Shown here: in pieces, positions 55,937 to 64,000 of the stretch | Layout of the letters: every line of letters starts with the position of its first letter | Numbering within the stretch: position 1 is the first letter of the stretch | Sequence record: OZ346151.1 | Strand: one strand, 5' to 3' | Source: a phage | DNA: 64,000 bases | Translations under genes and position numbers: made by a program | Notes under the pieces: model-generated | Database searches by the model: none | Told to the model about the DNA's origin: nothing | Seen by the model: only the letters and a program-made list of their open reading frames with translations

Positions 55937-57220
55937 TCATTCAAGCACCTCCCAAGTGTCTGGGTTAACATTTCGGACGCAGATACCGACAGGGAATTGG
56001 TAATTGTTGTCTTCTGTCCTTGCTTGGTATTTGAAGGTGACAAACTTGCCGATCATTTCCTGCATCCTGTCATAGCTACGCTCCTCGTGCGTGCCTTTCA
56101 TCTTCATTTTAACAACAACACCTTCCTTGTCAACACAGATAAGAACACCTTCATCATTCTTATCTTTCTCAACGTCAATAACTTTCACCTCTGCGTCGTT
56201 GAACTTTTTCCATTTCAATGCTTCAGATGTTCGCTGACCATACTCATATTTACCGCAGAAATTACGCATGATAGTACCTTCATATCCTTCGGACATGAAT
56301 ATACCAACAGATTCTTCGCAATGATCAACTGTGTACGCAAGCTCTGCGTCAACAACCTTGATATGATCAAGCATCAGAGTGGTAACGGTATCCTCTGCAT
56401 CCATAAGATCCTTGCAGCGTCCAGACTCTGTTTCTGGATCCCACCACACCTTGTCGCTAGGAATATCAAAAATGTGATACTCCAGATCGTAGCTACAGTA
56501 TCCACCGTAACGCAAATCATCACGAACAGGCTCAACATCGACAGGAATATCTACCTTGTTGAAGTTTTTGTATGTTGATAAGCCTGCCTTAATTGCTGCA
56601 TGACGGCGTTTTTTATCTGCCTCATAGTCTTTATCGATCTCGGCCTGAATCTCTTCCTGTGTGCGCCACCGTTTAGCAAGAGACACTATTTTCTGCAAAG
56701 GAAGACCATGAATGTATAGTTCCCCATCAAGTTGTTTAATCCCAGTGGTAGAATGGAAAGAACGAAGTTGCTCTAAAAGCTTTCCTTGAATAGGGTAGGA
56801 CTTATTACCACGGGAAATAAATTTAGGCTCACCATTTTGGAAAACAACAAGCAGACGAAGGCCATCTAACTTACGCAAGATCCAGCAAGGTAATTTAAGT
56901 GCCTTGCCACGCTTCAGGTAGTCATGCACCAGCATAGGTAAAAGATCAACACCCTGCTCGCAATCTTCCATGTTTTCAACATACCCCAGACGGACTTGTT
57001 TTTCCCACTTGCTGATAGCCTCAAGCTCGGCCTGTTGCTCAGCTGTAGTCTCGTTGGCACGACCTACGTTTTTAGGTGTACATACCGTCTCTTTGTACTG
57101 CAATTTACCGTCAAGCTTGCCAAACTCTACGATAACCTTTTCGCCATCAGTGAATACTTTCCACTGTTGGTAGCTGCCATCTTTGTTCAGTGCGTACAGT
57201 GTTGTTTTGATTTGATGCAT
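55937..57220 (-). CDS. ATP-dependent DNA ligase
   Basis: Nucleotidyltransferase motif I RKLDGLR; 427 aa. Confidence 0.75.
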   Translation of the reverse strand: MHQIKTTLYALNKDGSYQQWKVFTDGEKVIVEFGKLDGKLQYKETVCTPKNVGRANETTAEQQAELEAISKWEKQVRLGYVENMEDCEQGVDLLPMLVHDYLKRGKALKLPCWILRKLDGLRLLVVFQNGEPKFISRGNKSYPIQGKLLEQLRSFHSTTGIKQLDGELYIHGLPLQKIVSLAKRWRTQEEIQAEIDKDYEADKKRRHAAIKAGLSTYKNFNKVDIPVDVEPVRDDLRYGGYCSYDLEYHIFDIPSDKVWWDPETESGRCKDLMDAEDTVTTLMLDHIKVVDAELAYTVDHCEESVGIFMSEGYEGTIMRNFCGKYEYGQRTSEALKWKKFNDAEVKVIDVEKDKNDEGVLICVDKEGVVVKMKMKGTHEERSYDRMQEMIGKFVTFKYQARTEDNNYQFPVGICVRNVNPDTWEVLE

Positions 57221-57489
57221 TACTCGGCCTCTTCCTTAAAAATTTTAAACATCTCTTCTTTACTCATTACCAACCAGTCTCCCATAAAGTCAACTAACCA
57301 ATCTCCCTGGTACAAAACCAAGTTGCCAAACGGCTCAACAAGCTCACACATGCGACGAATATCTCTGGTCCGAACAGGTGACGATGTAAACACACCTGTA
57401 TCAATCCACCGTTGCAGATCAGATACTGATGAAGAGCTTCCATCAAACTGGTGTGCTTCTACAGGTTTAGCAAGATTAAATAACGGCAT
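57220..57489 (-). CDS. hypothetical protein
   Basis: Strand-consistent ORF. Confidence 0.5.
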   Translation of the reverse strand: MPLFNLAKPVEAHQFDGSSSSVSDLQRWIDTGVFTSSPVRTRDIRRMCELVEPFGNLVLYQGDWLVDFMGDWLVMSKEEMFKIFKEEAE

Positions 57490-57784
57490 TGCAGTCCTCC
57501 TTCTGTAGTAGGTCTTTTATAGGATAAACAAGTAAGTGTGGATCGGAATAACGTATAGTCCTATTCTGCCACACTATGAACTTTATTACAACCAAATTTA
57601 CAATATCTTTATCACCATGTAGCCCAACACACACATTTGTCCATATTTTGTGGTTGAAGATCTTGCTATCGATGTAGATTTTAGTGTCAAACTTATCTTC
57701 CATTCTACCTATAAGTTTGATCAGCTCCTTCATCTGGTCGCCAAACACAGCATCTTTTTCAAGATCTCTGGAATGCTTGTACAT
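57476..57784 (-). CDS. hypothetical protein
   Basis: Strand-consistent ORF. Confidence 0.5.
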   Translation of the reverse strand: MYKHSRDLEKDAVFGDQMKELIKLIGRMEDKFDTKIYIDSKIFNHKIWTNVCVGLHGDKDIVNLVVIKFIVWQNRTIRYSDPHLLVYPIKDLLQKEDCNAVI

Positions 57785-57846
57785 AACTAACTACCTCACT
57801 GCATACTTTCCATAATAAGTAAAGCCGGGTAATCCCGGCTATGTTG

Positions 57847-58560
57847 TTAAATATACTCTGTTACATCCTTGAAGCTCGAAGGCTTCATAATCTTACCTTT
57901 ACTGTCAAGGAATATAATAACTTTATTACCGTTGTAGAACTCCTCTTTAGCAACGAAACCTTCGTAGCGACCACCAAAACGACGCTCAAGATCTTCAATC
58001 TCTAACTCTATGAGCAATTCAGTAGACATATCTGCACTGGCACCGTGAGAATATCGTAGATGGTTGATCCGTGCAAACTTGCTGTCATTAGATTTGAGAA
58101 CCTTCCGCATCATCCCACACACATCGCCGCGAAGCTGGAACAGCAAAGCTGTTGACAACTCCGCTAAGCGGTAAGCTGACGCTCTTTGCTTGGATGTGTT
58201 TTTCGCAGCGATCAGTGTATCATAGAACTCACCGATCTTGAACTTAAGACCTCGTGGATTATCAAACAGGTTTGACCACTTTTCGTGATTATCATTAACA
58301 AGATAAGCGGCATAACTTGTGACAACGTGAAGATCGCAGGCCTCTTTTAGCAGGTGATCTCCACCATCACCTTTCTCCAGCTCTTCCAAAACCTCATTGA
58401 ACTCTTCCTCAATGAAGCTAAGCTGTAATTCGAATGGTGTGTATGATTTTTTCACTTTAGCTGCCACACGGTTCCAGTTTTCCACCCAGTTGGCAGACCA
58501 AAGGTAGTTTTCAGGCTGAGACAGTTTTTCCAGGTTGTCGATCAGTTTAGTATTCAGCAT
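57847..58560 (-). CDS. hypothetical protein, possible MazG-like nucleotide pyrophosphohydrolase
   Basis: FIEEEFNEVLEELEKGD...EACD weakly resembles MazG EExxE...E..D motif. Confidence 0.35.
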   Translation of the reverse strand: MLNTKLIDNLEKLSQPENYLWSANWVENWNRVAAKVKKSYTPFELQLSFIEEEFNEVLEELEKGDGGDHLLKEACDLHVVTSYAAYLVNDNHEKWSNLFDNPRGLKFKIGEFYDTLIAAKNTSKQRASAYRLAELSTALLFQLRGDVCGMMRKVLKSNDSKFARINHLRYSHGASADMSTELLIELEIEDLERRFGGRYEGFVAKEEFYNGNKVIIFLDSKGKIMKPSSFKDVTEYI

Positions 58561-58573
58561 TAAAGGTCTCCTT

Positions 58574-59335
58574 TTAAAGTTCCATAAAGTTTTCTACAGT
58601 TTCAATAAATGCTTTATCAGAGAAAGCGTCAACAGCACCGTTAAACCATACAGGGATCCCGCGATCCTCATATTGATAAAGGTCGCTACGTGAAATGCCA
58701 CTCCCATCTGCACTCTGCGAGTCATACTTGTTTACAATCAGCAGTTTTGTGCCTTTACAAGTAGCAGGAAACAATTCCCAGTTAAAATTAATAACTGTGT
58801 TAGAACAACCTACTAGGATCACCATATCATTGCTTGTGAGAGATGTCAACAGGTCATACATGTCTGTATACTTAGGAGCAACCTCACCGAAGAACACTAC
58901 ATTGGGCTTAACCCAGGTATACTTGCCTGTATCTACCTCCGTGTATCCGATATTTTTAATTACATCATTACCTTCAGCATCTTCGTAGGTGATTTCAGGC
59001 AAATACCCGTGGACATGTAAAATATCTTCATGTTTTACACCAGCACGCTCCAGCAAATCATCTACATTGGTGGTAAGGTTGATCACACGACCAGACCAGC
59101 GGGAATACCACTCAGCGATCCGAAGATGTGCAAGGTTAGGATCAACACTGCCCAGAGCTACACGACGTGCATTGTAAAAGTCATGCACCTTATAGTAGTT
59201 CTTGGCAAAGGTGTGGATGTTGCACACCTCATCGATGCTGAAATTCTCCCACATTGCAGTGCTACCAGATCGGAAAGTGGGAATACCAGATTCAGCGCTC
59301 AAACCAGCACCGGAGATAATAATCAGTCGTCGCAT
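58574..59335 (-). CDS. Sir2-family (sirtuin-like) NAD-dependent protein, no zinc-ribbon module
   Basis: SGAGLSAESGIPTFRS, TTNVDDLLERAG and HG motifs; no CxxC pairs. Confidence 0.7.
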   Translation of the reverse strand: MRRLIIISGAGLSAESGIPTFRSGSTAMWENFSIDEVCNIHTFAKNYYKVHDFYNARRVALGSVDPNLAHLRIAEWYSRWSGRVINLTTNVDDLLERAGVKHEDILHVHGYLPEITYEDAEGNDVIKNIGYTEVDTGKYTWVKPNVVFFGEVAPKYTDMYDLLTSLTSNDMVILVGCSNTVINFNWELFPATCKGTKLLIVNKYDSQSADGSGISRSDLYQYEDRGIPVWFNGAVDAFSDKAFIETVENFMEL

Positions 59336-59343
59336 AAGTGTCC

Positions 59344-59694
59344 TCAGTAGATGTTTTGTTTAATCTCTATTCCAAACTTCTTGAATGAGTCAGCAGCAAG
59401 CATAAATTTACGAGCTGCCGATGGATTAGAAGTATGCACGAAAATAATCACGTTGTCAATAAGTGGTGGCTTTCCGAATACAAGTTTCTCCTCTAGCGCA
59501 GAGAAGCAGTCGTACCCTTCAAGCACTTCACCTAGATCATTGTCAAAATACCACTCAGATACGCGTCTGTAGAGCTTTCTCTTATCATTAAGAAAATCCA
59601 TAAACTCAGAAGAATTCTTTAGCCACAGAGCGTCTGGGAGTCCATAATCTGACGGATCTCTAAAATCATCAAGCCACACAATCCACTTCTTCAT
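59344..59694 (-). CDS. hypothetical protein
   Basis: Strand-consistent ORF. Confidence 0.5.
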   Translation of the reverse strand: MKKWIVWLDDFRDPSDYGLPDALWLKNSSEFMDFLNDKRKLYRRVSEWYFDNDLGEVLEGYDCFSALEEKLVFGKPPLIDNVIIFVHTSNPSAARKFMLAADSFKKFGIEIKQNIY

Positions 59695-60626
59695 TGCATA
59701 TAGTCCTCGTTGTGGAAATAGTAGTCCAGTATCTCACGACGCTCCTGCTCTAATAAGCAATTCCACACATCTTCTGTATAGTTGCTACGAATAAATTTTA
59801 CCATACCGTAAAACTCTTCGTCAACACGTTTAAAGATATCATCATCCCAAATCTTCCAAGCTTTACCCCTCATTACTGCCTTCCGTGCCAGATAGTATGG
59901 AGACTTGATCTTCAGCTGCAGATCATAAGGGTAGTAAGGCTTACGAATCATATACCCTTCACCTCTTGTTTCTGCAGCTAATTCTTTTGCATAGCTGAAC
60001 GGAATTTCACGCACAGTGTTAGGACGTTTTGCACCAAGGTATTTGGCAATCCCATCTAAAGCTGCTTCTGGTAGCATTATTCCAGAATCATTATATCTGC
60101 AACCTATCAAATATGCGCCATGGTCTTCTTGAACAATATGCGGATCTGAAGGGTGACAAATTTCAAACATGAATGTCATGTTTTCATTGCCCATAACCTT
60201 CTTGATAAGATCTAAATTACCACATTGCTCTTGGATGGTTTCCTTTGCAAGGTTACAATATGGAGAATCAAGAGACCCGGTTGTTGAGAACAATAGGTCA
60301 CCTTTATGAGATGATACCACACCAAGGAATCCGTTCTTTTTCTCTACCGCAGTCACAAGCTTATTGTCAGGCAGGTTGGTGGAGTTTTCTCCCAAGTTAA
60401 ACACTTTTGTGAAGGGCCATGCCACAACATTTCCTTCATTACCTACAACAATGCCTCGGCACTCCAGTAAACGAGGGGACAAATGCCATAAATTGTTGTA
60501 AAATACTTTTCTAGCATATTTATAGATCTTTAACCCGAGATCTGGGTAATACCTACTGGTTACAAGACCTTTGTCAACTAGGTCGTCTGCATTAAAATAC
60601 TTCATTATATGTTCCTCATTTGTCAT
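59691..60626 (-). CDS. RNA ligase (T4 Rnl1-like)
   Basis: LLECRGIVVG resembles T4 Rnl1 ALECRGIMF; motif I EKKNGF (KxDG/KxNG); divergent from pnk. Confidence 0.7.
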   Translation of the reverse strand: MTNEEHIMKYFNADDLVDKGLVTSRYYPDLGLKIYKYARKVFYNNLWHLSPRLLECRGIVVGNEGNVVAWPFTKVFNLGENSTNLPDNKLVTAVEKKNGFLGVVSSHKGDLLFSTTGSLDSPYCNLAKETIQEQCGNLDLIKKVMGNENMTFMFEICHPSDPHIVQEDHGAYLIGCRYNDSGIMLPEAALDGIAKYLGAKRPNTVREIPFSYAKELAAETRGEGYMIRKPYYPYDLQLKIKSPYYLARKAVMRGKAWKIWDDDIFKRVDEEFYGMVKFIRSNYTEDVWNCLLEQERREILDYYFHNEDYMQ

Positions 60627-60669
60627 TTTGTCAGTCTATCCTGCCACACAAATAACCTAGTGTCAACAC

Positions 60670-60698
60670 TTGAAATTAACAAAACAGTTAGGTATACT
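60670..60698 (+). promoter_or_regulatory. sigma70-like promoter in divergent intergenic region
   Basis: TTGAAA, 17-bp spacer, TATACT. Confidence 0.5.
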
Positions 60699-60726
60699 AC
60701 CGTTGAAATTAAAACGGAGGGTCGCT

Positions 60727-61137
60727 ATGTCTAAAATGCTATATATCGTGCGTGGTCTACCAGGGTCTGGCAAATCAACACTGGCAAATGAGCTATCTTT
60801 AGAGGGTCTGTATCCACATTTTGAGAACGACATGTTCTGGTATGACGATGACGGCAATTACAACTGGGATGCAAGTAAAGTAACACTCGCAGCAAAATGG
60901 TGCAAAGATAACGTAGAAGATATGATGCGTATGGGATACGACCGTATCGTGGTAAGTAATACGTTTACAAAAGAAAAACATGTGCAGGAATATGTTGACA
61001 TGGCAATCACTCACGGGTATAGTTATACCGTGATCGTGGTTGAAAACCGCCACGGTAATAAAAGCATTCATGATGTTCCAGACAAGGTTGTGGATCGTAT
61101 GGAACGCCAGCTTAAAAACTGCATTAAACTTAAATGA
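60727..61137 (+). CDS. polynucleotide 5'-kinase (P-loop kinase, T4 Pnk kinase-domain-like)
   Basis: SD GGAGGG; Walker A GLPGSGKST; ~136 aa; next to RNA ligase and phosphatase. Confidence 0.65.
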   Translation: MSKMLYIVRGLPGSGKSTLANELSLEGLYPHFENDMFWYDDDGNYNWDASKVTLAAKWCKDNVEDMMRMGYDRIVVSNTFTKEKHVQEYVDMAITHGYSYTVIVVENRHGNKSIHDVPDKVVDRMERQLKNCIKLK

Positions 61138-61144
61138 GGAATGT

Positions 61145-61699
61145 ATGAAATACTTTGTAACAAGCGACACACACTTTCTCCACCAGCGGGTCATGGAGTT
61201 TGATTCATGTCAAAAACACAGATCTCAGTATGATCACAATCTTGACAGTATGAATGCAGGAATCATCGCCGAGTGGAACTCTGTTGTGTCACCTGCAGAC
61301 ACTGTGTTCCACTTGGGAGATATTGCGTGCACTAATGATAAGAATATCAACAACTTACTTCCAGATATTCTAAATATGTTGAACGGACATATTATTCTTG
61401 TTCGTGGCAACCATGACACAAGGACGACTGTCAGAATTATGAAAGAGTTCGGTCATGAGGTTGTAGATTATTACGAGCTTCGCCACAACAAGAATTTGAT
61501 CTGTATGAGCCATTACCAGTTTGCAAAGTGGAACAGAAAGCCTCACGGATCAGTCCAACTGTTCGGTCATGCTCACGGAACCACACAACAGTTGTTTGGC
61601 AGGCAGCTTGATGTCGGTTGGGATGTGTGGGGGAGACTCTTACCATTAGAAGAGGCATACCGTATTGCAATGAGTTTTGATATTGACAGCAGGGAGTAA
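61145..61699 (+). CDS. calcineurin-like metallophosphoesterase (putative 2',3'/3'-phosphatase)
   Basis: SD GAGGA; motifs SDTHF, GDIAC, GNHD, HAHG. Confidence 0.65.
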   Translation: MKYFVTSDTHFLHQRVMEFDSCQKHRSQYDHNLDSMNAGIIAEWNSVVSPADTVFHLGDIACTNDKNINNLLPDILNMLNGHIILVRGNHDTRTTVRIMKEFGHEVVDYYELRHNKNLICMSHYQFAKWNRKPHGSVQLFGHAHGTTQQLFGRQLDVGWDVWGRLLPLEEAYRIAMSFDIDSRE

Positions 61700-61746
61700 T
61701 CCCTGCTATTTTAAAGAAAATTGCCACACAAGGAGAATCAGGAGAT

Positions 61747-62097
61747 ATGAAAGATGGGGATAAGCTGCTATATCTTAAAGTCCCCCTTGAAATACTATCT
61801 ATGTCAAAAGTTTTGAATGACACAACTGGGGAGGTTGTTGTTCTTGACTTGTATGACAAGATCGTATACTGCTACCTGCACAACTGGTATAAGCTTGGAG
61901 GAAATTCACGCTTCACACCAAGCACAAGGAAAATTGCAGCAGATGTTGGGATAAAGAAAACAAAAGCAGCAGCGTGCGTTAAAACTTTAGAATGTGCAGG
62001 AGTGGTTGAAACATCCACACAAGGGAGAGGTAAAAGATGCACATTTTCCAAAGTTTTGCCACCAGAAGAAGTTATTCGGATGTCAACAACTGGTTAG
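61747..62097 (+). CDS. putative winged-helix DNA-binding protein (initiator or repressor)
   Basis: SD AGGAGA; wHTH-like segment RKIAADVGIKKTKAAACVKTLECAGVVE; followed directly by palindrome array. Confidence 0.5.
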   Translation: MKDGDKLLYLKVPLEILSMSKVLNDTTGEVVVLDLYDKIVYCYLHNWYKLGGNSRFTPSTRKIAADVGIKKTKAAACVKTLECAGVVETSTQGRGKRCTFSKVLPPEEVIRMSTTG

Positions 62098-62173
62098 ACC
62101 AGTAAAAACTTAAATATCTGTACTATAAGGATTCGTATGTTTTATGTTCGCCATGGAACGGATACTATTAACT

Positions 62174-62252
62174 GTCCGTGATACGGACACTACTGTCCGT
62201 CACGCGGACACATCTGCCCGTAATACGGACACTAACTGTCCGTGATACGGAC
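62174..62252. repeat. four phased 15-bp palindromes (iteron/operator array)
   Basis: GTCCGTGATACGGAC (62174), GTCCGTCACGCGGAC (62195), GCCCGTAATACGGAC (62216), GTCCGTGATACGGAC (62238); spacing 21-22 bp. Confidence 0.75.
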
Positions 62253-62261
62253 ACATAAAGA

Positions 62262-62385
62262 ATATAACTAAAATAACTAAATAATAAAAAATAAAAGATC
62301 TAGTACTTATGGTACTAAGTACATATACTTAACTTATGTAGAATATACTAGATCCTAAGTACCATGTTTTAAATTTATTACTTAC
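62262..62385. repeat. AT-rich region with large imperfect palindrome
   Basis: AGATCTAGTACTTATGGTACTAAGTAC...TACTAGATCCTAAGTACCATG inverted symmetry. Confidence 0.55.
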
Positions 62386-62660
62386 TATGGGCAGTGTCGG
62401 CCCTTCATTGGCACTCGCCTACGAGGGGGCGAGATGCCGGGCCTCCTTGGCGCACACAATAACAGAAGTTCATACATGCAGGTCTGTTAACATGTGTGGG
62501 AGCGAAGCGATAGCGCAGGCCAAAGGCCGAGCACTGATGTGGACCACCGACGAAAGCTTGCCAGCGCCGTAAGGAGTCGGTTGAGAGTCTCCCGCGCGAG
62601 CTTGGATGAAGTTTATGTGTGGAAACTGACAAGAAGGCCCCTAAATCGCTCCACAGCTAT
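62386..62660 (+). ncRNA. candidate structured non-coding RNA (GC-rich, ORF-poor)
   Basis: Visibly GC-richer than flanks; several short stems (e.g. CTCGCC...GGCGAG); no RBS-supported ORF; strand undetermined. Confidence 0.3.
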
Positions 62661-62758
62661 ATAAACTATACCAGGTAATGCAATCGCACCAGTTTGATAG
62701 AAAAGCTCGTTACAAAGCGATACAGTGAGTTTTTCTATAACTTGAAGAGGAGGCAGCT

Positions 62759-63337
62759 ATGGGTTCACGCAAAGATGACCGTGAAAAGATTGCAAAACGT
62801 TATCAGAATGAAGAACAGATGGAGAAAACTTTCAAGTGGAAGCCAGGTTTCCAGCGTAATCATTCTAACGCTCGTGATCGTAAGCATCCGGATAAGTGGC
62901 TAACACCGCCAAATGATGGCATGCAGGTTGGGGATGAGAAGGAGATGTCGCCTGGAAAAGATGGCAACTACATTCGCACTAAGGACGCTGGTCCAAAGGA
63001 TGACAGCTATCTTGTAGATAAGGTTCTTGATGGTATCAATGTAGATGTTGACACTGCACGAAACCTTTTTCTTGGGTGGTATCGCACAGGTTTTTTCGAC
63101 ATCAAGGCTATTCGTCGTGTTTGTGATATTAAAAAGTCTGCATATGATGACGACTCGTTACATCGCACCCTGAGACAATATTCAGAAAGATATGGTCATC
63201 CGGTTATCACTCTTGACGATGTTAACGAAGTGATGTATCATGCAGAGGTTGTTGCAGGAAGATTCGGTGATGCATATCTTGATATCCTTTCTGCAAAGGA
63301 TGAGGTAATGTTAAATAAGATTTACTATGAACGCTGA
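62759..63337 (+). CDS. hypothetical protein
   Basis: SD GAAGAGGAGG before ATG. Confidence 0.55.
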   Translation: MGSRKDDREKIAKRYQNEEQMEKTFKWKPGFQRNHSNARDRKHPDKWLTPPNDGMQVGDEKEMSPGKDGNYIRTKDAGPKDDSYLVDKVLDGINVDVDTARNLFLGWYRTGFFDIKAIRRVCDIKKSAYDDDSLHRTLRQYSERYGHPVITLDDVNEVMYHAEVVAGRFGDAYLDILSAKDEVMLNKIYYER

Positions 63338-63536
63338 GGAGCGCTTAATGAACAACCCGGTAGCAAAGAACTGTAATAAGTTCAACAAGTCTGCAATTCA
63401 CACTGACAGGAAAAAGAGCTGGTCTCCTGACATTGACGAGGAGCTTGAGAGTTACTTTGAAGACCTGGTCACTAATGCAGATGAGGTTGCGATTAAAGAA
63501 TACGCAGACAGGAAGGATAAGGCCGGAATCTGTTGA
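63327..63536 (+). CDS. hypothetical protein
   Basis: Overlapping start (coupled). Confidence 0.45.
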   Translation: MNAEERLMNNPVAKNCNKFNKSAIHTDRKKSWSPDIDEELESYFEDLVTNADEVAIKEYADRKDKAGIC

Positions 63537-63612
63537 CAAAAATAGTGTTACCTGATAAGATCTGCAATATGATGTGATGCAATTTTAACTTACGAGGTCT
63601 ACAGGTAATGCT

Positions 63613-63855
63613 ATGTTTAAGGTTAAGCTCGTTTTTCGTTCCATGAATGAGGATTATTTAGAAGATGAAGGTGAATTTCGTGCACTGGATGATGCAATAG
63701 ATTTTGCCAACGACTTAGCTTGTATGAATACGGGTTATGGGCTATGCTGTTGGGATGGTGGTGTTCAGATCGGTGATAGCAAGATCTTCTACTTCTACCC
63801 TGAACCTGATAACAAACAAATTAAGTATGTTTTATTTATTTGTGCTTTACAATGA
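63613..63855 (+). CDS. hypothetical protein
   Basis: Strand-consistent ORF. Confidence 0.45.
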   Translation: MFKVKLVFRSMNEDYLEDEGEFRALDDAIDFANDLACMNTGYGLCCWDGGVQIGDSKIFYFYPEPDNKQIKYVLFICALQ

Positions 63856-64000
63856 GGTTGTTTTCGTGTATCATGATGAATATCCAATTTAAAGATGAAT
63901 TTGATGGCTTTATCTCCGGATGCTTTGAAACAGGGTTCGGAGAAGGCTGAGTTCCCCTTAGAGGGCTTGATAGTGCACCACACTTAAAATGGTAGGGGCA

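Noticed and set aside
62387-62632. ORFs 62387-62572 (+) and 62405-62632 (-) in the GC-rich element
   Set aside because: Mutually antisense, no SD; more consistent with a structured non-coding element than with a gene.

Overview
The window reads as the replication / nucleotide-metabolism / early-gene region of a virulent dsDNA phage; the many consensus sigma70-type promoters (TTGACA-N16-18-TATAAT) suggest a host-RNA-polymerase-dependent phage of a Gram-negative, probably enterobacterial, host (host assignment is inference). All calls rest on reading the sequence and remembered family motifs; no database search was run. Layout: (1) plus-strand block 1-13102 with a 5'-partial T7 gp4-like primase-helicase, a family A DNA polymerase whose motif C is split by an HNH-encoding group I-like intron, many small ORFs, an SSB-like protein ending in the E. 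coli SSB tail DDDIPF, and a TARG1/DarG-like macrodomain protein; (2) a repeat-rich non-coding stretch 13103-14280; (3) a plus-strand array of small genes 14287-20941, each with its own promoter, a 5'-leader GC hairpin and a CA-rich leader, plus a thrice-repeated 45-bp dyad-symmetric promoter element; (4) a ~2 kb non-coding repeat-rich zone 20950-22980 where the two transcription blocks converge; (5) a long minus-strand block 22985-60626 with a tandemly expanded family of small acidic proteins, an HPF (ribosome hibernation factor) homolog, small membrane peptides, two DNA methyltransferases, ClpP-like protease, PhoH, NrdG, NrdD split by a second HNH intron, glutaredoxin, NrdB, NrdA, ThyX, HAD hydrolase, dNMP kinase, DEDD exonuclease, EndoVII-like and RuvC-like resolvases, flap endonuclease, lambda R-like endolysin, ATP-dependent DNA ligase, Sir2-like protein and T4 Rnl1-like RNA ligase; (6) a divergent plus-strand block 60670-end with polynucleotide kinase, metallophosphatase, a winged-helix protein followed by four helically phased palindromes and an AT-rich palindrome, and a GC-rich ORF-free element. 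The strongest candidates for something undescribed are the acidic paralog family (25679-34153), the promoter/operator cassette array (14287-20941) and the wHTH-iteron locus (61747-62385).
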